Positions 9,717 through 17,630 of a stretch of 32,000 bases of DNA are shown in pieces; positions within the stretch are counted from its first letter, which is position 1, and every line of letters begins with the position of its first letter. This DNA is from an uncultured Clostridium sp. Its GTDB lineage: Bacteria; Bacillota; Clostridia; Ch29. The stretch lies in NCBI GenBank assembly GCA_964625335.1, contig CAZVBE010000007.1, positions 32,682-64,681 of the forward strand, in the 5' to 3' direction. A program made the position numbers and the translations under genes. Below the pieces are notes generated by a model. The model did not search any database and was not told the DNA's origin. It worked only from the letters and a program-made list of their open reading frames with translations.

Positions 9717-9753
9717 CAAAAAACGAGGGGCGGCTTGCCGCCCCTCGTTTTTT
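9717..9753. terminator. Bidirectional Rho-independent terminator
   Basis: AAAAAACGAGGGGCGG-CTTG-CCGCCCCTCGTTTTTT lies between the convergent M14 gene (+) and the LuxR-type gene (-). Confidence 0.85.
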
Positions 9754-9801
9754 AAATAAGTATCTCTGTTTACTATATCCCGGGTTGATAAAATTATATT
9801 T

Positions 9802-10425
9802 CTATTGATTTTTAATCCTTGAGAAAAACATATTTCTGGTCTTAACTCCCAGTTTCTTAAAAATACTGCTTACATGTGTTTTTACGGTTGTTTCCGATAT
9901 AAACAGAGCGGCTGCTATTTCTTTATTGGTATATCTGTGTGTGAGCAGAGAATATACGTCCCTTTCCCTGATTGTCAGGTCAACATTTCCGGGTATATCC
10001 CCATTAAAATCCACATGATCTTTCCTTGTAATCATTTTTTTAAAGGTTTTCGGAATTACCATTATGTCGTTCAGGCAAATAGCCTCCAATATAAACGGAA
10101 GCTGATACATGTTAATAGGTTGAAAGTAGCTGTCAATATCGCTCTCAAGCGCTTTAAAAAACAAATTATGGTCGTCGCTTTCATCCAACATTATTACAGC
10201 CGTCTTTAAGCAAACGGTCTTTATCGTCTTTATGACTTTCAAAGCCATGTCCTTATCTTCGTTTGCACATATTGCTATATCCGGCTGTATATCTGTAATG
10301 GTATTACTTATCACGTCCAAGTCAGCCTGGGGTATTATTTTAACTATATGATTTGTATATTCGGATAAAAATTTGTTCACATTAAGGTATTTTTTATCCG
10401 AAGCAACAATAACAATTCGCAGCAT
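9802..10425 (-). CDS. LuxR/NarL-type DNA-binding regulator with degenerate (pseudo-)receiver domain
   Basis: The C-terminal HTH_LuxR is LTIRERDVYSLLTHRYTNKEIAAALFISETTVKTHVSSIFKKLGV. The N-terminal half aligns with a receiver fold, but IVIVASDK replaces the acidic DD pocket. PDIAICANED puts Ala where the phospho-acceptor Asp normally sits. Confidence 0.8.
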   Translation of the reverse strand: MLRIVIVASDKKYLNVNKFLSEYTNHIVKIIPQADLDVISNTITDIQPDIAICANEDKDMALKVIKTIKTVCLKTAVIMLDESDDHNLFFKALESDIDSYFQPINMYQLPFILEAICLNDIMVIPKTFKKMITRKDHVDFNGDIPGNVDLTIRERDVYSLLTHRYTNKEIAAALFISETTVKTHVSSIFKKLGVKTRNMFFSRIKNQ

Positions 10426-10483
10426 TTTGCAAAAACCTCCTCAGGAAAGGTTGATTGGAAACAATCGCTTAAATTTCGGGGGT

Positions 10484-10503
10484 TTATTACATTTTATTAC
10501 ATT
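10484..10503. repeat. Perfect tandem duplication TTATTACATT-TTATTACATT in the divergent LuxR / M14 intergenic region
   Basis: Read directly from the sequence. It lies about 60 bp upstream of the LuxR-type gene start and about 185 bp upstream of the second M14 gene. The function is unknown. Confidence 0.5.
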
Positions 10504-10686
10504 ACTATTATATTTTTCCTATATACTAATTCGCAGCTAATCCGGATATTCCTTCTTTTTTCCTTTTGCCGTCGTATAAAAATCCTACCAAAAGTAGGAC
10601 ATGGTTGTATATTACCCGATAGGATATTCTATTAAAATTTAATATGCAGCACCAAGGAAAATAATAAATATAAGGAGTGGGGAAAA

Positions 10687-12960
10687 GTGAAAAAATGGCT
10701 TGTATTACTGCTGACGACAGCAATGCTTATTACATCAATGCTTCCTGCGGCTTCCGCCGCCCAGGCGCCGGTGCCGGTGCCGCTTGTGGTAGTCTATCTC
10801 CAGGACAACGAAGGGATTGACGCTCTCATAGAAGAAGGACTTGACATAGTGGATATCGACCCTGTAAACAATGAAGTGTTTGTAGTACTGCACGAATGGA
10901 CCCGTCAGTACCTGGAAGATGAGAACCTTCCGTATGACATAATAACAGAGGACCTTACCTACCGGGCCGAGGACGAGACCCCGCCTGTTGGAATTTTTGG
11001 TTTCTCCCAGACCGACGGCAGGACGACTTACCGCACCTGGGACGAATACGTGTCCGAAGTTTATGAGATGGAAGAGCTGTACCCGGAGCTTGCCAAGGTG
11101 CATGTACTCGGATACTCCCACGAAAACAGACCCATACTGGCCGTTGAGATAAGCACTGCTTTGGGCGTCGAGGACGGCCGTCCCGAACATATCCATATGG
11201 CTATGCACCACGCCAGGGAGTGGCCTACAGGAGAGCTGGCCATGGACCTGGCATGGTACCTTTTGGATAACTACGGTGAAAATGCCCGGGTTACAGACAT
11301 AGTAGACACTATCCGTGTATGGGTACTGCCCAATGTCAACCCCGACGGTTTCTGGCATTCCCAGAATGTCTACCAGATGTGGCGCAAAAACAGGAGCGTT
11401 AATGGAGGCGGCTATTACGGAGTAGACCTCAACCGAAACTATTCCTACAACTGGGGTGGTACAGGTTCATCCACCAGCCGCAGTTCCGACACTTACCATG
11501 GTACAGGACCCTTCAGCGAACCAGAAATGGCAGCAGTCAGGGATTTCCTGCTTACACGGCAGGCTGTAACCGTAATAAGCGGCCATACCCATGGACGGTG
11601 GCTCCTCTACGCATGGGGCTATAAATCGGCGCAGATCCCCGATCCGGAGCTTGGACAGATAGCCCAAGCCATGGCTGCTATGAACGGTCATACCTGGGGT
11701 CAGGCCTGTACAACCTTGTATGCAACTTCGGGAGATACCTGTGACTGGTATTACGGCGCCTTAAAGGGAATGGCCTTTACCTTTGAATACGGCACCTCCT
11801 TTATTCCCGCATACATGGGAACCGTAACCACTTCTCCGTATCTGGTCACCGACCTCTTCGGAAACATTTCGGGCAGCATGCTGAGCTACTCTATAGCTCC
11901 TACAGGCGAGAGCGGCAATCTGGTTGACTGCGGCATGGGCCTTATCGCCGCAGACTTCCCATCAGAAGTTGCAGGTAATATTGCCCTTATTGAGCGCGGA
12001 GATATAACTTTCCGTGAAAAGGCCCTCAACGCGGTGGACGCCGGGGCTGTAGCAGTAGTAATATACAACAACACCTCCGGTTCCATAAACGGGTCGCTAA
12101 GCAGTTCCGGAGTGCCTATACCGGTAATGGGAATAACCAGGGCCTCAGGCCAGCAGATACTAGGTGCGCTGCAGCAAGGTCAGGAGGTACAGGGTACGTT
12201 AGAAGCAGTAACCGCTGTAGCCAACAGCTACGCCCAACAGTGGGAACTGCAGCTGCCCGCATTTTTGTACGGTATGGAGAAGACCGCAGAATACGCCAGT
12301 GTGATATCGGGCAATATAGTGGATAAACTCACCGGAGAGCCGGTAGAAGCAAGGCTTGAGTTTGCCAACACCATCCGCGTACCCCTGGGGAGAGCCTACG
12401 ATGGAAGATACTACGTGGATGAAACCCATACCAATTATATCGACGCCTTCGGTTCCTACAACTGGAACGTACTGCCCAGCAAGAAACCGGAAATCGAATC
12501 AGCCCCATACCTTATAAAGGCAAGCTCTCCGGGCATGTATCCGCAGGAAACGCAGCTGGAAATAGAAGGCTACCAGGAATCCCACGAGCTTGACTTCGAA
12601 CTGCAGCCGGTGGCCAAAATGCTGCCTCCCTTTACCTCCCTTGAATACTACACACCTAACCAGACCATACCCTTTAAGTTCGCCACCTTTAACAGCGACG
12701 GCGATATAGTTCCCATGGAAGACGTAAGGGTCACTGTGTTTGACGGGGATGTGGAAGTAATATCCTATGTTGAGGGGGAAGGCGCAAGGTATGTCCGCCC
12801 CGGAGATAACCCCGGCGAGTATATAGTCAATATAAACACCAACCACCTCGGACTGGAAGAAGGCACCTACGGCATACTCATTGAATTCTCGGGTATCGAA
12901 GGCGACCAGTCGTACATGACCAACATCCGCCTCGGAGAAGCTATCGACCAGGCTGCTTAA
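10687..12960 (+). CDS. Secreted M14A-type zinc carboxypeptidase with pro-domain, PA domain and C-terminal beta-sandwich domains (757 aa)
   Basis: GTG start 9 nt after AAGGAG. Signal peptide ...MLPAASAAQA. Activation-peptide-like region (VVVYLQDNEGIDALIEEGLDIVDID...). Canonical M14A motifs HHAREWPTGE, NPDGF, WRKNRS, GVDLNRN, GDTCDWYYG and FTFEYG. PA domain GNIALIERGDITFREKALNAVDAGAVAVVIYNN. CarboxypepD_reg-like segment ISGNIVDKLTGEPVEARL. Confidence 0.9.
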   Translation: MKKWLVLLLTTAMLITSMLPAASAAQAPVPVPLVVVYLQDNEGIDALIEEGLDIVDIDPVNNEVFVVLHEWTRQYLEDENLPYDIITEDLTYRAEDETPPVGIFGFSQTDGRTTYRTWDEYVSEVYEMEELYPELAKVHVLGYSHENRPILAVEISTALGVEDGRPEHIHMAMHHAREWPTGELAMDLAWYLLDNYGENARVTDIVDTIRVWVLPNVNPDGFWHSQNVYQMWRKNRSVNGGGYYGVDLNRNYSYNWGGTGSSTSRSSDTYHGTGPFSEPEMAAVRDFLLTRQAVTVISGHTHGRWLLYAWGYKSAQIPDPELGQIAQAMAAMNGHTWGQACTTLYATSGDTCDWYYGALKGMAFTFEYGTSFIPAYMGTVTTSPYLVTDLFGNISGSMLSYSIAPTGESGNLVDCGMGLIAADFPSEVAGNIALIERGDITFREKALNAVDAGAVAVVIYNNTSGSINGSLSSSGVPIPVMGITRASGQQILGALQQGQEVQGTLEAVTAVANSYAQQWELQLPAFLYGMEKTAEYASVISGNIVDKLTGEPVEARLEFANTIRVPLGRAYDGRYYVDETHTNYIDAFGSYNWNVLPSKKPEIESAPYLIKASSPGMYPQETQLEIEGYQESHELDFELQPVAKMLPPFTSLEYYTPNQTIPFKFATFNSDGDIVPMEDVRVTVFDGDVEVISYVEGEGARYVRPGDNPGEYIVNINTNHLGLEEGTYGILIEFSGIEGDQSYMTNIRLGEAIDQAA

Positions 12961-12968
12961 TCCGCAGC

Positions 12969-13019
12969 AAAAATTCAAGGATGGCTGCCGGTCAACTACG
13001 GCAGCCATCCTTGAATTTT
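12969..13019 (+). terminator. Long-stem terminator after the second M14 gene
   Basis: AAAAATTCAAGGATGGCTGCCG-(8 nt)-CGGCAGCCATCCTTGAATTTT. The core stem is perfect and at least 18 bp long, followed by a short T-run. Confidence 0.7.
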
Positions 13020-13082
13020 CTATACATCCTTTTTCAAAATTAGTTACCTTGGCAGCTGCTATATCTTATAAATAATTATATT

Positions 13083-13259
13083 ATGAAACTGTTAACGGCG
13101 GTTTCTTTAATATATATAGCGCTACTTGCAGTCATGCCGGAAAAAGGCCTTATGTCCATACAAAACAGCCTGTACTATGTTGTGAAGATGCTGCAAATTA
13201 TTCCGGTGATATTTATTTTGACTGCTTTGATAGAAGCGTGGGCTCCGCGGGAACTTATC
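13083..13259 (+). pseudogene. Probable 5' remnant of a membrane permease gene (COG0701/ArsP_1-like N-terminus)
   Basis: The first ~59 codons (MKLLTAVSLIYIALLAVMPEKGLMSIQNSLYYVVKMLQIIPVIFILTALIEAWAPRELI) look like the N-terminus of predicted permeases. The membrane-protein character stops where the convergent RluA-family gene ends (13255). The rest of the 110-codon ORF is antisense to that gene. Confidence 0.3.
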
Positions 13260-14241
13260 CCTGTTCAAACAACTGTTCTTCTATACGCCTTAACTCCGAT
13301 GGCAGCTGCACAGTCAGCTGCATCCCCTTTAGATACTCAAAGAGGGGTGTGGTTCTTTCAAATACAAGGCGGTATGCGTAAAGGAACTGGTGTGTTAAAC
13401 CAAAATTCTTTCTGAATAGCCGGTTTATTTTGTCGTCCCCGTATTTGACATCGCCAGCCACAGGGTGGCCTATATGGCCAAGATGGGCCCTGATCTGGTG
13501 TGTCTTTCCGGTGCCCAGCCTCACCTCCAGAAGGGTATAACCCCTTTGACTGTATTTTAAAGGTTTGTAGTAGGTATGTATCTTTTGGCTGCCCGGTGCC
13601 CAGTCTTTGGAGATTTTTACTTTATTGTTCTGCCTGTCCTTAACCAGATATGCAAAAACCTCCGAGCTGTTTTGTACATGGCCTGCCACAATAAGCTTAT
13701 AATATCTCTCAACCCATCTTTCCCTTATCATCAGGTTTATGTCCTGGAGCGCACTGAAATTTTTGGCTGCAATAATCAATCCGCCGGTATTCCGGTCCAG
13801 CCTGTTGCATATGGCGGGTGCAAAGGTATTTTCCCTTGAAGGATTGTATTCCTTATTACTATAAAGATAGTATAATATCTGGTCGGTCAGCGTTTTGGCC
13901 TGTCCGCCGTCAGGGTGTGATAAAAGACCCGCAGGTTTATCCGCAACCATTATGTTGCTGTCCTGATAGACCACAGAAAAATCTATGCTCGTTTTCTGCA
14001 AAGAATCCTGCGGAGTTGGCCTGACCATATCCTCTGTGTGAAGATAAAACTCCAGCCTGTCCTCTTCGGACAGTATTGTGGAAGGCTGGGCCCTTTGGCC
14101 GTTAAGCTTTATTTTTTTGGTCCTCAGGTTCCTGTATATAAATCCCGCGGAGGCATGGGGCATAAACTTCTTTAAAAATTTATCAATTCTCTGTCCGCTG
14201 TCATTTTTGCCTATCGTTATCTCTTTCAATGTGAATTCCAC
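13255..14241 (-). CDS. RluA-family 23S rRNA pseudouridine synthase with N-terminal S4 domain
   Basis: 328 aa. S4-like region RIDKFLKKFMPHASAGFIYRNLRTKKIKLNGQRA. Catalytic Asp motif NRLDRNTGGLIIAAK. Signature GKTHQIRAHLGHIGHPVAGDVKYG. Confidence 0.9.
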   Translation of the reverse strand: MEFTLKEITIGKNDSGQRIDKFLKKFMPHASAGFIYRNLRTKKIKLNGQRAQPSTILSEEDRLEFYLHTEDMVRPTPQDSLQKTSIDFSVVYQDSNIMVADKPAGLLSHPDGGQAKTLTDQILYYLYSNKEYNPSRENTFAPAICNRLDRNTGGLIIAAKNFSALQDINLMIRERWVERYYKLIVAGHVQNSSEVFAYLVKDRQNNKVKISKDWAPGSQKIHTYYKPLKYSQRGYTLLEVRLGTGKTHQIRAHLGHIGHPVAGDVKYGDDKINRLFRKNFGLTHQFLYAYRLVFERTTPLFEYLKGMQLTVQLPSELRRIEEQLFEQG

Positions 14242-14519
14242 TCCTTATCCGGATATTTGAAACCATTAGCAATTATGAACCCAAATCATTCATACTACCA
14301 AATGTCACCTAATATTTTATACTAACGTTGATTCGGGAGTGATGCCCTTTGATACTGCTGTTAATTATTATTCTAGCATTATTCTCACTGGGATTACTAC
14401 AATATATTCACTCTGTCAAAACCGCGGGTAAACTGCTGTCAAAACGCAGAAAACCCATGGAATAAAAAAACCCGGATTACACAAAATTATACTGTTAACA
14501 AAACAGGGGTGAATGGAAT

Positions 14520-15206
14520 ATGCTGATAGTCTTTATAAGAAGCCTCCTTCTCTATGCTGTCCTGGCTATTACAATCCGTATAATGGGAAAAAGGCAGATT
14601 GGGCAGCTGCAGCCCTTTGAATTCGTAATAGCGGTACTTATAGCCGAGCTTGCGGGCATACCCATGAGCGATACCGACATTCCCCTGGCAAACGGATTGG
14701 TAGCTATCCTTACGCTTATGATATCCCAGGTGACCCTTGCCTATATAACGCTTAAGAGCAACAAAGCCCGGGGCATTATTTGCGGTACTCCCAGCATACT
14801 GATAGAGAAGGGCAGAATTATGGAAGAGGAAATGAGACGGTTAAGATATAATATAAACGATTTGATTGAACAACTGCGTCTTAAGGGTTACCCGAATATT
14901 ACCGATGTCGATTTCGCCATACTTGAAACCGATGGTCAGTTAAGCGTTATACCAAAACCGGAAAAAAGGCCGGTTGTCACCCAGGACCTGGGTATTGCAG
15001 CCCAATATGAGGGGCTGCCCCTAAGCATTGTCTTAGACGGCCATATACTGAAAAACGACCTAAAAAAACTCGGCCTTACCGTAGAATGGCTGTCTGAGCA
15101 ATTAAAATCCGCCGGCTATGACGATATATCGCAGGTGTTGTTTGCCAGCATAGATGACAGCGGCCAACTGTTTGTACAGGGAAAACTAAAAAAGGTGGTA
15201 AAATGA
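14520..15206 (+). CDS. DUF421 (YetF/YdfS-like) membrane protein
   Basis: 228 aa. The N-terminus (IRIMGKRQIGQLQPFEFVIAVLIAELA) and the C-terminal YetF_C-like half (INDLIEQLRLKGYPNITDVDFAILETDGQLSV) are typical of the family. Confidence 0.85.
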   Translation: MLIVFIRSLLLYAVLAITIRIMGKRQIGQLQPFEFVIAVLIAELAGIPMSDTDIPLANGLVAILTLMISQVTLAYITLKSNKARGIICGTPSILIEKGRIMEEEMRRLRYNINDLIEQLRLKGYPNITDVDFAILETDGQLSVIPKPEKRPVVTQDLGIAAQYEGLPLSIVLDGHILKNDLKKLGLTVEWLSEQLKSAGYDDISQVLFASIDDSGQLFVQGKLKKVVK

Positions 15207-15583
15207 AATCAATATTGATAATAGTAATAACTCTATGTCTGATACTCGGGGCAGGCTACTATACCCTGTCAGAGGTCTCCAAAACAGCCGATATACTGAT
15301 ATCCCGCTCTGACCTGATAAAAGCAAATATAGAAAATGAAAACTGGGACAGGGCCCGGGGAGATTTGAAGGAATTTATTGCCTTCTGGAATGATGTTAAG
15401 TCGGTATGGACAATTCTTATCAATCATACCGAAATAGACAGCATTGACATGGCCCTCGCAAAAATAGAGCAATATATAATAACACAGGAAAAAGGCCTCG
15501 CCCTTGGAGAGATGTCGTTATTGAAGCTTTTAATAGAGCACATACCGGAAAAGGAAAAGCTCAAACTTGAAAACATATTTTGA
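15203..15583 (+). CDS. DUF4363 family protein
   Basis: 126 aa with one N-terminal TM segment. Its ATG overlaps the DUF421 stop (ATGA), which is the usual DUF421-DUF4363 pairing. The motif W..A...L..F...W......W..L..H.E.D.I is present. Confidence 0.8.
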   Translation: MKSILIIVITLCLILGAGYYTLSEVSKTADILISRSDLIKANIENENWDRARGDLKEFIAFWNDVKSVWTILINHTEIDSIDMALAKIEQYIITQEKGLALGEMSLLKLLIEHIPEKEKLKLENIF

Positions 15584-15595
15584 ACAAATATTTCA

Positions 15596-17224
15596 TTACA
15601 GCCTCACATCTCCAAATACTACGCCAACAACCCTTCCTTCGGACTTAATGGGTACTGCAACAGTAATACAGTATTCATCGGTAATAACGGATATGTACGG
15701 CGTGGTAATACTGACTTTACCCTGCATCGCTTCTTTGAAATATTGCCTGTGGGAAAAGTTGGTGGTTTCGGTTGATATGCTTGCCCCTACCACATTACCC
15801 AAACTATCCAGTACAACTACTGCCTCGAACACATCGCTGTGGCTGCTGCCCAGCCCTACGGCAAGGCTCCCTATCCCCTGGCGGTCCTCCGGGTTAAAGG
15901 ACCCGAACTCATTCAGGGCTTTTTTGAGTATTTCCTGCCCCTTACTTACCCTGTCCTCGTCCTGTTTGTCCAGTATGTAGTTTCCTTCAACCGATTTCAT
16001 TACCCCGTTCAACTCCTTAGCCATTTCGGCAAGGCTGCCAACGGATTCATGAATGCCTCTGACCATACCCACCTCTTCCTGGGTTGCAGCGTTTATTTCC
16101 TCTATGCCCGCTGCAGTCTGCTGCGTGACTGCCGATATATCCTCCATCAGCTCGTCTACATTGCTGGCGTTTTTTATGCCCTGGCTGGATAACTTGACAA
16201 TCTCCTCGGCAGATCTCAACGTATCGCCGGAGGTGCTGTCTACGCTGTCGAACAGCTCCCGGAACTCCCCGGCATACTGCATGCTCATATTCATATCGGT
16301 AACCTGACCTTCAATGCCCCGGGTTATATGGTTAATCTTCTGTGAAATGCTTTCTATTATATCACGAATACGGGACGCCGACCTGTCGGATTCCTCCGCC
16401 AGTTTTCTCACCTCTTCGGCAACCACGGCAAAACCCTTTCCGCTTTCTCCTGCCCTCGCAGCTTCTATGGCTGCATTAAGGGCCAACAGGTTGGTCTGTT
16501 CGCTTATCCCCCTTACTATTCCTATTATATCCTTTATCTCGCTTGCGTCCTGCTGAAGCCTTCCTATCTCCACAGCCAGTTCTTTATTATCGCTGTTGGA
16601 CTTTTCCAGCTTTTCAAGCAGTCCCTGAAGCTTTTCCTCCGACTGGTTTACCCTGTCCTTCATATTCCTGGTAACCGAAAAGGTGTTTTCTGCCAGTTCC
16701 GCTATGGCCTTAGAATCATCCACTATCTGAACCGTACTGTTTTTTGCGCCAATAGCCCTCTCGGCCTGGCTCTCCGCCCCCTGGGAAACTTCATTCATCG
16801 TAACTGATATTTCCTCCACCGCACTGCTGACATTACCGCATTCGACCTCTATGGTCTCGGAGTACGTTGATAGCTTGTCCGAAGCAGTAAGCGTCTTTCC
16901 TACCAGCTTTCTTATGCTTTTTATCAATTCATTAAGGGCCTGGGTAACCCCTTCCATCGACTTGTCCCCGGTGTTCCTAATCCCCTGAGTCATGCTGGAT
17001 TTGTTAATGTCCTCTATCAGCAGGCGGCATTTCTCCACACCGTTTTGTAAATATCTATTAAGTATATATCCACATACAAGTGCCACACATATTGCTGCCG
17101 TTAAAACCAGTATAAACCCACCTGTACCCGGTTGGGCATAATGGACCTCTTCGAGGAATAACACGGGTGCCACGGCGCCCATTACAAATACTAATAATGT
17201 AAAACCAAATAACCGCATCCTCAT
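15596..17224 (-). CDS. Methyl-accepting chemotaxis protein with membrane hairpin anchor and C-terminal Cache/PAS-like module
   Basis: 542 aa. Two TM segments are separated by about 10 residues. The highly conserved MCP hairpin is [40 protein letters not shown]. Residues ~415-542 lie after the signalling domain and carry a Cache-like pattern ([12 protein letters not shown]...[52 protein letters not shown]). Confidence 0.9.
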   Translation of the reverse strand: MRMRLFGFTLLVFVMGAVAPVLFLEEVHYAQPGTGGFILVLTAAICVALVCGYILNRYLQNGVEKCRLLIEDINKSSMTQGIRNTGDKSMEGVTQALNELIKSIRKLVGKTLTASDKLSTYSETIEVECGNVSSAVEEISVTMNEVSQGAESQAERAIGAKNSTVQIVDDSKAIAELAENTFSVTRNMKDRVNQSEEKLQGLLEKLEKSNSDNKELAVEIGRLQQDASEIKDIIGIVRGISEQTNLLALNAAIEAARAGESGKGFAVVAEEVRKLAEESDRSASRIRDIIESISQKINHITRGIEGQVTDMNMSMQYAGEFRELFDSVDSTSGDTLRSAEEIVKLSSQGIKNASNVDELMEDISAVTQQTAAGIEEINAATQEEVGMVRGIHESVGSLAEMAKELNGVMKSVEGNYILDKQDEDRVSKGQEILKKALNEFGSFNPEDRQGIGSLAVGLGSSHSDVFEAVVVLDSLGNVVGASISTETTNFSHRQYFKEAMQGKVSITTPYISVITDEYCITVAVPIKSEGRVVGVVFGDVRL

Positions 17225-17455
17225 GATTAGTCCCCTTTCAAATTATTGCTGGCAAACTAACCAGCCCCGCCACGTCGGTTGAACATCAAACGTAATTTAG
17301 CCTTTAACGTACTATTCGACCAAAATTTGAATAATCCTCCAGTATATCTGCATCTTACGACAAATATAGCGGCTTTTTATAGAATAAGGTTAATACCACT
17401 AGTACATCCTGTATTTTCTATGACGTTTATAATATACTATAATAGAGCAATTTCT

Positions 17456-17610
17456 CAGGGACATTCCGCGGTGTGTCCCTGACCCAAAAGCTTATCAATC
17501 GGGGACATTCCGCAGCAAGAAATCCTAATGGGGACATTCCTTGGCCATGAAGGAATACCAGCTATAAAGGTGTGTCCCCTGACCTTATAAGCAGCGGTGT
17601 GTCCCCATAC
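17456..17610 (+). promoter_or_regulatory. Array of GGGACATTCC(GC) / (GC)GGTGTGTCCC inverted-repeat boxes in the fba leader (candidate operator array or structured 5' UTR)
   Basis: Forward boxes are at 17458-17469, 17501-17513 and 17530-17540. Reverse-complement boxes are at 17468-17479, 17568-17579 and 17594-17606. The array starts just downstream of overlapping TATAAT boxes (17428-17433, 17438-17443) and ends about 10 nt before the fba SD. Confidence 0.5.
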
Positions 17611-17630
17611 TACTAAGAGGAGGTTTTATT

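Noticed and set aside
17456-17610. The repeated GGGACA/TGTCCC boxes as a miniature CRISPR array or a mobile MITE.
   Set aside because: The units are only 11-13 nt long, occur in both orientations and have irregular spacing of 17-40 nt. There are no cas genes, and no terminal inverted repeats with target-site duplication. The placement between the -10 box and the SD of fba argues for a regulatory role.
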